Below are positions 26,251-38,736 of a DNA stretch of 64,000 nt, in pieces; position 1 is the first letter of the stretch, and each line of letters opens with the position of its first letter. The notes below the pieces were generated by a model. The model did not search any database. It had not been told where the DNA came from and saw only the letters and a list, made by a program, of their open reading frames with translations. The stretch comes from Malacoraja senta (taxonomy: Eukaryota). The DNA lies in contig CM075994.1 in assembly GCA_038087875.1 (NCBI GenBank), positions 5,146,001 through 5,210,000 on the forward strand, given 5' to 3'. A program made the position numbers and the translations under genes.

Positions 26251-26951
26251 GATTACAAACTAAACGGAGAGAAAGGTGATTTTCGATGATATGTTAATCA
26301 CCAATACATATTATTAGGGTACATTTAAATGTGTACATGGAAATTTAAATTCTTAAACGCTTGTATTTATATTGATAATCATTTTGAAAAAAAAATAACC
26401 ATGCAAAGTTATATATTCCTCCCTTACCATTCTCCTCGCAAGTCTTTTTCAGTTTCTTCAATGCTGGAAATGGAGGCAGATACATATGTTATTTGAAATA
26501 TTTCAAAAAATCCAAGTGACGATCCATATGAGGCGCTGAATACTTTCCTAGTCTTTATTTTAAGATACGTTAAATACCCGCACTGTGTTTTCTATTCGCA
26601 AAATTGTAATTGTGATGTCATGGTGCAAATACACACAATTGCTGCTATTATGTTATCGCATGTCATCTGCGCAGACGCAGAATCGTCGAGTGGAGCGGAA
26701 ACAGATATTGCACTTCAACTGCAGACGGATTTTCTGTTGTTTAATATACAAAGTCCACCGTGCATTACTTTGCTTTTCATGGAACCATTTCGTTTCATTT
26801 CTGCATCCAAACGTAACATCAAACCTTCAATGCAAAATAATGTAACGTCATTTATATGCCAGTTTAACTTTCTACGTTGCAGTCAAATGACAAAATCAAG
26901 AAACTACGAAACTAATTTCCGCTGCAGAGTTAATGACTTTCAATATAAGCT

Positions 26952-27170
26952 TTACTTTAATTTTGTTTATTTTAGAGATATGGCGCGGAAACAGGCCCTT
27001 CGGGCAACCGAATCCGCACCGACAAGCGAACATCCAGCAAACTAACACCATCCATCACTCACAAGGGACAATTTAAATTTATACCAAGCCATTTAACCTA
27101 CAAACTGGTACGTATTTGGACTGTGGGAGGAAACATATGATCTCGGAGAAACTCCAACACAAGTCACAGG
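26952..27170 (-). mobile_element. SINE 3' fragment in the V-C intron of gene A
   Basis: gcggaaacaggcccttcgg..ccgcaccgac tail shared with the SINEs near 14020 and 60230. Confidence 0.65.
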
Positions 27171-28057
27171 AAAAACTTTATATGGGCGAAATGGACTATG
27201 TATATGTGGAGCCATAAGATTTGGCGATGACTTAAATGCATAATACTCATCAGCATTCCTTCAGGAGAAAGATATAGTTGTTGTGAAAAGAATGACGGCT
27301 TAGTCTTCAGCTGAAAATGAAAAGGTTGTTCAGGAATTGGCTGTGCGGCCTTGTTGGGGCTGGTTCTGTCTGCATAATTACAATATAAGAACAATGGGTC
27401 TTCGTGTAAATTTGTACATCATTGCTTAGATCAATAGTGGAATATCAGTCCTGTTATATCCACCACAGTATATGTAGGCCTAGATATATTGCGCAGAAAA
27501 TAGAAAGTTCATAAGAATTTTACACTATTAAATTTTCCAATTGAGAGGAGAGACTGCATAGATCAGGATATGTGTTTAGTGAAACAAATGAATCCCAGTG
27601 AAAACATAATTGCGGTCTAAAATTATAAGGGTCATACATATGATGACAGTGGGAGATAGTTCACCACAATTTTGTCGTATAAAACCAAGCTGCATAGGAT
27701 ATAGATGAGGAGTAATATCCTTGGAGAGGATGATGATGTTAGTTTCTCTAGGAATGGTTGGCATTGTAGAGCACACAATGTGCATTAAGATGGGGAAGGC
27801 TGTTACTCCTGGAACATATAAAATGAAATGGACCAGCAATATATTCGTACAGAACTACGCATCCACGGTGAATTGATATATATTTTTTATCATCTCGGTC
27901 CTAATCTTCAACAAATATATAATTCGCATCAAACTCACCAAATAAACGTTTCCAACTCACTATTAGCAGAAATCCACGGAACACCTTCATAATTTCCAGA
28001 TCGGATGTTTCTCTCGTTGAAAGGGAATATCATCAGAACAAGTCGGAATACAGAAAT

Positions 28058-28065
28058 ACGCAAAT
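28058..28065 (-). promoter_or_regulatory. Octamer-like motif (ATTTGCGT versus ATTTGCAT) about 70 bp upstream of the gene A ATG
   Basis: One mismatch from the Ig promoter octamer, in the light-chain orientation; short motif, could be chance. Confidence 0.25.
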
Positions 28066-30239
28066 GTAACAATATACGCATAATGATTTACCTTCTTCTT
28101 TTGCCGTGACTTGGTACTCTATTCAAGCAAAAGGCACAGATAATGCATCAAAATAAACCAGAAATACGATGACCAAAATACAGCTACTTACCCTGCTCGA
28201 AATAAGAACGTGACTAATTAAAAATGTGTCTAGTAACATACAACTTTCTTTCAGTGCGTGCGTATGTATGTTTTGGAACCGAGTTAATTGATGAAGAAAA
28301 ACTATCCAAAATATATCAACATAGAGTATAGAACGAACAGCACGGGAACAGCACGGATCGTTTGGCTCTTGTATTCCGTGCCGCACATGACGCCGCTAAA
28401 TTACTTTCCTCGGCCTGTACGTGATCCCTATACATGCATGTACATTTCAGAAAGAATCAAAAAATGCCACTATATGGTCACCCTGCACTACACATGGCAG
28501 CACTTTCCAGGCATCATGCATTCTCACTTTGTATACATTTTGCCTACATATCCCCATTAAATATTCCCCTCTCCCCTTAAAGCAATTCAATATAGATTTT
28601 GAATTTTCCACCTTGGGAAACCAGGGTCTGTCTAACCACCGCAAATATGCCTCTCATAATTGTGTAACATGTCTCCCCTCAGTCTCTGACACTTCAGAGA
28701 AAACATTGCAAGCTTTCATTATGGTTGTTGCCTTCTAATCCTGACAGCAATCTGACAAAGCTCTTCTGCGCTCGTCCCAGAGCACCCAGATGGTTCCTGT
28801 CACGGGGCGGCCAGAACCCCACATGACAAACAATTTTCTTTCAAAGTTTAGGTAAACTTAAGGTAGCAGACGGTCTTCTAGTATTTTATAATTGATATAT
28901 GAATGATTACAGATTCGTAGATGAATCTATGAATGTTTACCAACACCTATCGTACACATAAACATAGAAACATAGAAAACAGTTGTAGGAGGGGGCCATT
29001 TGGCCCTTCGAGAATGCACCGCCATTCATTGTGCTTATGGGTGATCATCCACAATCAGTAATCCGTGCCTGCCTTCTCCACATATCCATTGGTTCCGCTA
29101 GTCCCTAGAGCTCCATCTAATTGTCTTTTAAATTCACCCACTGAATTGGGCTCTACGGCCTTCTGTGGCAGAGAATTCCATAAATTCAAATTAATTGAAT
29201 TTTTTGCCACACAAGGCAGTAGAGACCAGGGTGAAAATGTGTTTTTCTCATCCCAGTTTTAAATGTCATCCCTTATGTTCTTAGACTGTGTTCCCTTGTT
29301 CTGGACTCTCCCGACATTCTCAACATTTTCCTGCATCAAGCTTGTCCAGTCCTTTTATACGTTTATAAGTTTCTATAAGATACCCTCTCATCCTTCTAAA
29401 TTCCAGTGAATACAAGCCCAGTCTTTCGAATAATTCTTCATATGACAGTCCCGCCATCCCGCGAATTAACTTCGTGAACATACGCTGCACTGCCTCAATA
29501 GCAAGGATGTCCTTCGACAAATTAAGAGTCCAAAACAGCACACGTCCAAACGTGGTCTCGCCAGGGCCCTGTACACCTGCATTAGGACCTCTTTATCCCT
29601 ATACTCAAATCCTCTCGACATGAAGGCCAACATGCCATTAGCTTTCTTCATTGCCTGTTGTACCTGCATGTTTACTATCATTGAATGATATACAAGGACA
29701 GACACCCAGGTCTCGTTGCAGTTCCCTTTTTCTTAATCTGACATTGCGCTAATAATGTACCTGGTTGTTCTTGCCGCCAATGTGGATAACCTGACATTTA
29801 TCTATCTTATACAGCAATTGCCATGCATCTGCCCACTCACTCAACCTGTCCAAGTTACCCTGTAACTTCCTAGCATCCTCTTGGCAGTTCACACTACCAC
29901 CCAGCTTTGTGTCATCCGAAAATTTGCGAGTATTACTTTTAATTCCATCATATAAATCAGTAATATATATTGTTAATAGTTGCGGCCCCTGCACCGAGCC
30001 TTGCGGCACTCCACTCGCCACTGCCTGCCATTCTGAAAGGGACCCGTTTCTTCCTGCTCTTTATTTCCTGTATGCCAAACAATTATCTATCCATGTCAAT
30101 ACCATACCCCCAATACCATGTGCTCTAATTATGCCCACTAATCTATTTGTGGGCCCTTATCAAAGGTCTTCTGATAGTCCAGATGCACTACATCCACTGG
30201 CCCACCTTCATCCATTTTACTTGCCACATCCTCAAAACA

Positions 30240-33200
30240 ATTATCTTCGGAGTCACGTGAGTGACTACGTGAAGAAGACCCGTCAGGGCGCATGCGCGTC
30301 ATTACGTCAGACGCATTGGCGCTCACTGACGTGAGGAGCAGCGCTGCTCTAGTGGAATGTAGTTTTTACAACTCCAAGGTAAGTAAAACAATTTATGGCA
30401 GTTTTTTAGGTCCGTTTGCTGTGGTGGTCTGTTGCGATTTTTTTCACAGGCACCATGAACAAAACGGGCAAGGGCAAGAGGCGAGCCGCAAAGCCGATAG
30501 AGACCGCGAGAATGCGGTTGGTGAAGGGCTGCCCATACCCCTGTAACAGTCGCCGGTTGGGAGCGGGGCGACTGTGGACTTGTGTATTTAGAAAAAGAAC
30601 GGAGCCAGCGTCAGTTGGGCGCTAGCCAACATGCAAGTCAGGTCCATGGAGCAAGAGTCATTTTGGTATTCACGTCCAAGGCTGGATACCACATTCTGAG
30701 TGGATATTCCAAATGGAGAACCTATACACAGGTTGCTCCAACAAGCCATACTACAGGAGGAGTGATGTCAGAGCCAGGCTGCAGAAGACAGGTCAGCAGC
30801 ACATAGTAAAGTGCTGCTTGATAGCACCTTCATTGATGAGGCGCGTGCACAGGACCAGCAGAGTTCTCCGATACAAGCGAAGACGGCAGCTGCCAGATGT
30901 TCTACACCTGGCAGTACGATTTGCTACCCCGTCAGAGTCAGGAGAGCTACTGGGAGAGAAGTGGCCTCTAGGATCAACTATTTTGTCTTCCATCAGCTTA
31001 CGATGGATGAAAATGCCAAAAATGCACGAGACCCCCAAGGAACTGCGTATTGCAGAAAGTACTGGCAGTGAACCAAGATATAAGGGGTCAGATGGGCGAG
31101 GGCATGTGAGCCTAAGAAATACAACTGCAGAAAATATTGAAGCTGCTGAGTTGAGGAACAACTGCATTTTTGCAAGAACAATGGTTGGAGGCCAGGGATG
31201 GAGATGCATCAAGAGGCACTAGGTTTGCTATATAGCGCCCACTTCGAGATGAATTGTTTCAGGAAGTATGCCATTCGGCCCACCATCAACCCCAAGTTGC
31301 AGCAACTCTGTAAAGCCCAGCAACGTGCAGTCACTCAACTTACTCTTCGGAGAAAAACCTCACGAAACGAGGGAAAGAGTTGGATGATGAGGCAAAGTTG
31401 ATCAAAACATCGATGGTCGGCAAGTCTGCAAGGCAAAAACAGCCAAATATTGGAAGCAAATTAATTCAGATTCATTATTCTGAGTATTATTCAAACGTTT
31501 CAAATTAACTCGATCCATATAATGATTTGCCATCCAGCATGTTCCTAGCAGAACACTCCAATTTCACAAAAATAAGTTATGGACGTTCAAGCTGAATTTG
31601 AAAACAAGTCTATAAAAGGTTGGTTTATCAAAACCACCAAATTGCGTTTAAATCTTCTCGACCTAAAAAGGTGAGATTTTAGATCTGACAAGTCTTTAAA
31701 ATTTTGTGAAGTATAGACACTTCAAAATGGAGACTGAGACTACCAAAAAACTTATTTCAAAAGATGTTATATGGCACCTATAGATCTGAAAGATGCATAT
31801 TACTCAGTGTCTGTTCATTTGTAAGATGGAAATATTTGAAATGTATCTGAATCAAACAATTATGGCAATTCAAATTCTATCTAATGGGTTAACTTAGATT
31901 ATGGCAACTCAAAGTTCTGTCTAAATGAGTTGCTGGAATTTCACTAAATTGGTAAAACCAATTTTGGGGCTAATTAGAGTCCAAGGACAGATGTTGATGG
32001 CTTAACTGGATGATGTCCTAATTAGGACGAACAAGAGAATTAGTGAGTTATCTCTCTCAATTGTTCAATCCACTTTTGAAAGTTTTGGGGTTAATTCATC
32101 CGGTGAAATCAAGGTTAACGCCACAAACAACAAATTGTTCTCTTTTATTTCACAATTGATTTAGTTGACATGGTAGTAATTTTACTCAGGGTAAAGGGTA
32201 CAGCTGATTGATGGTTGCATTAAGCTGTTGAAAAAGCAACAATCTTCAATTAAGACAGGTTGCCAGCTTGCTAGGGAAATTAGTGTTATTTCCAGCAATA
32301 CAATTTGGGCCATTGTACTACCAGCAGCAACAGAAGGCAAAAAGTAAAGGCACCAAGATGCATGGCGGACATTTTGATAGGCCATGCAGTTAATAAACAA
32401 ATGCTGCTTCTGATTTGCAGTGGTGGATTTAACATGTCTCCAGTAGTTCGAGCAAGATACTGATTGAACAGCCTTCCATGGTCTTACAGACTGATGTCAG
32501 TGCACTAGGATTGGTGCCACTGAAATGATATCCATCTGTGGACAGGTGGAATATGGAAGAGGCATTATTTGCTTTGCAGACATGGAGAATCAACGTTTTA
32601 CAGCTGTAGGAAGGCTTATTTGCTCCAAGTTTGTTGTTAATACAACTAATCTGCATGTTCAGCTTCAAATTAACAGTACTACAGCAATGGCATGTATTAA
32701 TCGTATGGGTGGAATTAAGTCGGTGTCATGTGACAAATTGGCTAATCAAATCTGGACTTGGTGTGTTGACAAATATTTGGTTTCAGCTATTTATCTACCA
32801 GGTAGATTCAATATTGTAGCAGACAACATGTTACGGGAATTTCCATGATAACAAAGAATGGATGTTGAATCTTAAGATTTTAATGATATAGTAGTCAGAT
32901 TTGGGAAGCCAGATACGACTTGTTTCCATCCAGACTCAATCACCAGTTACAGAGATATGTGTTATGGGAACAACATCGGGAGACAGTAGCGATTTATGCT
33001 TTCTCGTTACATTAGGGCGGTATGCTTTATATGCATTTTCCATCATTCTGTCTCATAAAACGGTGTCTGCTTAAAATTAAGCAGGATGCTGCCTCTGGGG
33101 TACTGGTGGTACCGAACTGGTCTACGCAGCCATGGTTCCCTTTGATATTGCAATTAATGACACAGTTTCTGATAAAGATTCCCAAAAGAAGGGATTTACT

Positions 33201-35051
33201 GGTGTATCCAATAATTGGAGAGTAACATCGGTTATATGTATGGATCTGTTAATTTGCAGGTTTTTAAAAGAGGATTATCTGGGCATACTGTGGACATGCT
33301 TACAGCAGTCTTGCGGAAGAGCACTTAAAATCAGTACATTTGCGAATCTGAGGTTGTGACTGTAAATGCTGCTTTCCCATTATGTAAAGAATGGGGAAAT
33401 TTTCTGTGTACAAAATAATATTGAATGCTGTACGGCACATGTCTCAAATGTCTTAGGTTTTCTCAACACTCTATTATGAGGGGTTGGATTATAGTGCGAT
33501 TTATTCAGCCAGAAGTACATTGTCCTCGTTTTTTATTGATGGGGTCGGAAAGACATCCTGTTGAGTCTCTTTCTTTCGTTTCCAGATTAATGAAAGGAAT
33601 TTTAATTCCAGACCTTCTAAACCTAGGTAAGGCAATCTGGAAAATATAGTGCTTTTAAGCTACTTCATCAATGGACGTTTGGTACGATTCTGATTTTGGC
33701 CAAATTCAGCTTGAAGGTAGTCATGCTTATGGCGCTTGTAACAAGCACAGAGAGTGCAGACATTACAAAAGTTACAGATACACAGGATGGAAGTACATCA
33801 GGTAAATGTTATGTTTTACATTTATGACCTACTCAAATGAAGTAGGGTCAGGTGTGACAGGATTCAAGAGTGTTTTATTAACATATTCCATGGATCCATG
33901 TCTATGTGTTAAGACATATTTGTTGCAATACATTGGGGCTACAAAGGACTTATGAAATATGAAAACAAGATTGTTTATCATTCACGAAAAAACATACAAG
34001 ATAGGGTCAGTTCAGACTATTTCAAGACGGTTAAAACAAGTCTTGCTTGCCGCAGCTGTTAACAGTGATGATTTTACATCCTATTCGATTTAGTAGCAAC
34101 ATCGGCGGCCAGGGCGAAGGACGTCCCGTCGACAATATTCTCGCAGCCGCCGGGTGATCTAATAAGTTGGTGTTTCAACACTTTTCCCATCGGCCTATTG
34201 CCAAACGGGGCTATTTGCAGATACTATATTAAGTTCTGCTTAAATTCGCCTTGGTTAAAGGGGATACTGTTAATTATATTATTCAAATAAATGAATTACT
34301 GCATTTTTCCATGCAAATGTCATTAATGCATTATTGATTATGTCTCGTTCCGAGTCAATCAATAATAATAATAATAATGAATTTTATTTACGGGCGCCTT
34401 ATACCGAGGTCACAAGGACACCTTACAGAGATTTATAGGAAACATATAATCAGAATCAAAAAATAAGTTATAAAGACCAATACACAAATCAGGGACAGAA
34501 TTCCTTCCAAAAACACAAAAAAGAGAATCAGAACCACAATTTGAGGAGAGAGCAGCGGCAGCGAAACCGCGCCAGCGTCCACTCTCCCCACCGACCGCCA
34601 TCTTGAACACAGACTAACAAATACAATTACAAACAATTACATACAAAAATCAATGCAGTGAGAAGCCGGGAATTGAATCTGCGGCATTAAATCACAAAGC
34701 TTTAAAGTCGTCACGTAGTCACTCACGTGACTCCGAAGTAAAATAGTAAGATTAAACGAGAACTTACCAGTTTGAAGTTCGATCTTTATTTTATGAGGAG
34801 TTACTTTGGTGATTACGTGCCCACCACGGCCAACCCTCTTTCATAATGGTCAGCTGGAAGTTCTAAAATTTACTCGTTTTTACTATGTTACTATGTTACT
34901 TCGTTAATGGTGTTTTGTGATTTCACACCGCTGCCTTGAAGATTGACGCGCATGCGCCCTGACGGGTCTTCTTCACGTAATCACCAACGTAACTCCTCAT
35001 AAAATAAAGATCAAACTTCAAACTGGTAAGTTCTCGTTTAATCTTACTATT
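30240..35051 (+). mobile_element. Full-span, heavily decayed DIRS retrotransposon (copy 1)
   Basis: 5' cttcggagtcacgtgagtgactacgtgaag; remnants of gag, RT, RNase H, methyltransferase-like and recombinase; ICR ~34710-34820; ATT at both junctions. Confidence 0.92.
34361..34650 (-). mobile_element. Short non-autonomous retroposon with an L2-like 3' tail, inside DIRS copy 1
   Basis: (AAT)n tail; tgtaaggtgtccttg..aaggcgcccgtaaataaaat L2-like end; aagatggcgg LINE-like 5' motif; possible TSD aatcaat. Confidence 0.6.
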
Positions 35052-35476
35052 CTAGAAGATTAGTCAAGCAAGATTTCCCCTTCACGAATCCATGTTGACT
35101 TGAACGAATCCTTCATTGTACTGCTATCCAGATGCGCCGTTGTTACCTCTTTAATAATTTACTCAAGCATCTCCCCCAGACCGACGTCAGGCTAACAGTT
35201 CTATAATCTCCCCTTTTCCATCTCGCTCCTTTCTTGAAATGTGGGATAACATTAGCAACCCTCCAATCCACAGGCACTAATCCTGAATTTATAGAACATT
35301 GGGAAATGATCACCATTGCGTCCACGATCTCGAGAGTCTCCTCCTTGACTACCCTGGGATGCAGACCAACAGTCCCTGATGAATTAGCAGCCTCCTGTCC
35401 CATCTGTCTACCCAATGCTAATTATCGCCAAATGTAATTTTTTTTCAGTTCCTCTGTCTCCCTACATCTTCTGTCA

Positions 35477-36320
35477 AAGTTCACATTCACATTGATTGTC
35501 ACATGCACCAATTAAGGTACAGTGATATTTGAGTTACCATACAGCAATAGAAGTAAAAAATAGCACAATACACGATAGAGCTCAACATAAATATCCCTCA
35601 CAGTGGAACCAGCTTTACTCACTGCGATGGAAGCGAAAGAGTTCAGTCATTCTCCCCCCTTTGCTCAGCTGTGGACGGGGACAACCATCCCCAATCGCCG
35701 ATACAGACGGCACGATTTACAAGCCCCCTCGTAGGTATGATCGAAACTCCAACGTCGGGACGGAACAGAACACACTCCGCGGCTTGGATTTCCAGAATCG
35801 GCCGCTTCTTACCGGAGACCACGGCTTCACGATGTTGAAGACCACGGGACAGCGGTCGGTGCACTTTTTCTAGCGCTCCCCCGCAATGGATCATAGGCTC
35901 CGCAATGGTAAGTCCGCGCAGCGCCCGCGGCTGGAAGCTCCGAAGACCGCTTCAGTCAGCAGGCCCCCGCGGTCGGAGATCGAACACTGGAGATTCTCGG
36001 CATAGGAACCCAGGCTCAGCGACAATATGTCCGGCCGCTCCTGCTGCTGAAGCTCTTGTCCGGTCTCCGCTCTGGAAAGGCGGCACCAAACCAAGTGTTA
36101 GGCCGCGAGGGGGCGACGATACGACAAGGAGAAAAGTCACATCTCCGTCGAGGTAAGTGACTGAGGACGGTCCCCCCTACCCCCAACCCCCCCTAACACT
36201 CACCAGCAACCCCCACATAAAACATACGGAGAAACATTAAATTATACATTTAGACGCACTGAAAATAACAAAAAAAGCCGGAAGGCCAGATGGGCTTCTG
36301 GCGGGACTACCCGCTGACGT
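35477..36320 (-). mobile_element. GC-rich non-autonomous retroposon inserted in CR1
   Basis: Cleanly interrupts CR1; no coding motifs; layout similar to 37498-38348. Confidence 0.55.
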
Positions 36321-37497
36321 ACGTCTGGGAGATTGTTTGTATCTTCCTTAGTGACGAAAGAACCACATTACCTTTTCAACTCTTCTGCCATTTGCTTGTT
36401 CCCCATAATAATTTCACCTGTTATATCGTCAAGGGACCCTCATTTGTTTTTACCCATCTTTTTATCTTAACATAACTAAATACGCTTTAACTATACGCCT
36501 TTATATTCTTGACCAGCTTACACTCGTAGTTCATCTTTTTACCCCGTATTGCCCTTTTTGTTACATTCTATGATCATTTGAACGTTCCCAATCCTCTGAT
36601 TTCCCGCTACTCCTTGCTATATTGTACACATTTTATTTCAGATGTATTCAATCTCCAACCTCCCTTGTCGGCCACGGTTGCCTCTTACTCCCCTTAGTAT
36701 CTGTCTTCCTCTTTAAAATGAAATGATCCTGCATCCTCTGGATGATGCCAATAAATTCCCGCCATTGCTGTTCCACTGTCATGCCTGCCAGTATCCTTTC
36801 CCAGTCGACATTTGCCAGCTCCTCTCTCATGCATTCATATTCCCCTTTGGGCAACAGCAAAACAGACACTTCTGATATAACCTTTTCCCTCTCAAATTGC
36901 AGATTAAAACTCATCATATTATGGTCACTACCCCCGAACAGATCATTTATCTTGAGTTCCATTATTGAATCTGGTTCATTAGACAACACTAAATCCAGAA
37001 TTGCCTTCTTTCTGGTAGGCTCCAGTACATGCTGCCTTTAGAATCCATCCCGGAGGCACTCTACAAACTCCCCTGTTGGGGTCCAAGACCCACCTGGTTT
37101 TCCCAGTCTATCTGAATATTGAAATCTCCCATAACCACAATGGCATTACACTTTTGTTCATGCCAATTACCACCCTCTATCCGGGCTAATCTTTGAGGGC
37201 CAGTGGATAACTCCCATTAGTAGCTTCTTACCTTTACAATTACTCAATTCAATCCACAGCAACACTCCATCGTCAGTTCCCATGTCACCCCTAGCAATGT
37301 AGGTACCAGCGGTATTTCAATAAAGTTACCGCAAACATGTTACTGCAAACGATGATTACACATGAACAAATTAAGGAAGGGGAAAACTTACAACAATAAA
37401 ACATATTCATCTATGAAGCAAACGAAGAATGCGCTGATACAATTTCATACCAGAATCTTTCAGATTTGCTTTCAATTTTCTTATCTCTGTGTAATGT

Positions 37498-38348
37498 TTT
37501 AGATTAGATTAAATTAGATTTTCTTCTTGTCATTAGAACCTCAGAGGCTCAAACGAAACTCCGTTTCCACAGCCATACAAACAAAACAATTCCTACACGG
37601 CACACAAACAATTCAATTTACAGAAAACATCCATCACAGTGAATCTCCTCCTCACTGTAATGGAAGGCAAAGTCTTTTCTCTCCCCCTGCACCATTTTTC
37701 TCCCGATGTTGAAGCCCCAGGCGGGCAATGTTAAGTCCCACGGCCGTTGAGGCCGCGCCGGGCGGCGTACTGCCTCGCTCCGGGCCCGAATGTCACAAAG
37801 CTGGAGCCCCCGGCGGGCGCTGGAATGTCCCGCGGCCATTAAAGCTGCGCCGGGCGATTTAGGGCCCCGCTCCGGGTCGTTACAACCCCGCGACACGGGC
37901 GGGAGAAGTTGCGTTGCGGGAGCTCCGGAAAGCGGTCTCTCACCCGGACCCGCGAGCTCCCGATATCACTGTCCACCGGTCTGTAGCTTGAGCTATGGAG
38001 TCGGGCCGCAGCAGAGAGCCACCACCGCTCCTCACGCTCCGAGGACGGCCAGCCCCACGATGGTAAGTCCGCAGCTCCGTAGGCTCCGCGACTGGAGCTC
38101 CCAGGTCGTCCCGGTCGGAGGCCGCTCCACGGAGCTAGGCCCCAACGACAACGGAGACCCGACAGGGAAAACGTCGTGTCTCCCGTACAGGGAAGAGATT
38201 GTTTTTAAGTGTCCCCCTCCCCTCCCCCCCCCACATATACACAGTTTAAAGCAGTATAAAAAAAACCAGAAACAACTACATTTAACGAGTCGAAAATAAA
38301 AAAAGACAAACGGACTGCAGTCGAGCCGCTGCCGTTAGGCGCCGCCAA
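37498..38348 (-). mobile_element. GC-rich non-autonomous retroposon
   Basis: (AGATT)n tail, CpG-rich body, poly-C/CA tract and GC-rich 5' end like the 35.5-36.3 kb element. Confidence 0.55.
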
Positions 38349-38736
38349 ACCCACATGTGAAGGCATAAGATAAATTAAGATGATATCAGGAACGATACAC
38401 TGCTGTGAGCCTGATAAATGTTCAGCTTATACCGCGACAATCGGACATTTTCATACGTCACACGATAACATCAAATGTTTAGTTGTTTAAAGGCGGAAAG
38501 CACAGATATTGGTAATGTGAAATTCGAAGGAAAAGGTGGAAAGTTACGTCTGTCAGAATATGTGGGAAAATAAATTCTTAACAAAATGTTGGGAAGACCG
38601 AATAAATATGCAAAGAATAAGAATATGGCAGGCAGAGAAGAAGCAACAGATATGGATTGCGACCTATAACATCGTTGCAGATGATGGAAATGTGAAACAG
38701 AATGTGGAAAATAATTGATCAGAAAGCGCCGGTGGA

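Larger units (their letters stand above)
23390..27990 (-). pseudogene. Decayed TCR beta/gamma-like gene with apparently pre-joined VJ (gene A)
   Basis: Leader 27990-27939 MKVFRGFLLIVSWKRLFG|gtgagt; 130-nt intron; V exon from 27808 (GVTA..PRET..W/IRQNCGE..P..II..FCAIY, then J-like TG..TID); C1 exon 26921-26584 (VTLFC..KWF..FRSTRR..ADD..NCVYLH); 36-nt Cys exon 26463-26428 (LKKLKKTCEEN); 18-nt exon 23727-23710; TM exon from 23634 (WKAALF/YYLVIAIASV..NIIILKWRARK). Several frameshifts assumed. Confidence 0.5.
28960..37300 (-). mobile_element. Long decayed CR1 (endonuclease to 3' tail) interrupted by DIRS and a non-autonomous element
   Basis: acatagaa tail at ~28960; RT motifs SGVPQGSV and FSDDTKL; GSDHNM endonuclease end; sequence continuous across the inserts. 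Confidence 0.9.

Noticed and set aside
26620-27045. 141-aa plus-strand ORF
   Set aside because: No recognisable domain; antisense to the gene A C1 exon and runs into a SINE
27420-27475. Possible RSS after the gene A V exon (tactgtg)
   Set aside because: No nonamer at 12 or 23 bp spacing
27576-27839. Leucine-rich-repeat reading of this ORF
   Set aside because: LRR motifs are weak and aperiodic; leader, W-x-R-Q, FCA and the downstream C1/hinge/TM fit an Ig V domain better
37790-38299. 169-aa GC-rich ORF
   Set aside because: Stop-poor GC-rich repeat with no domain
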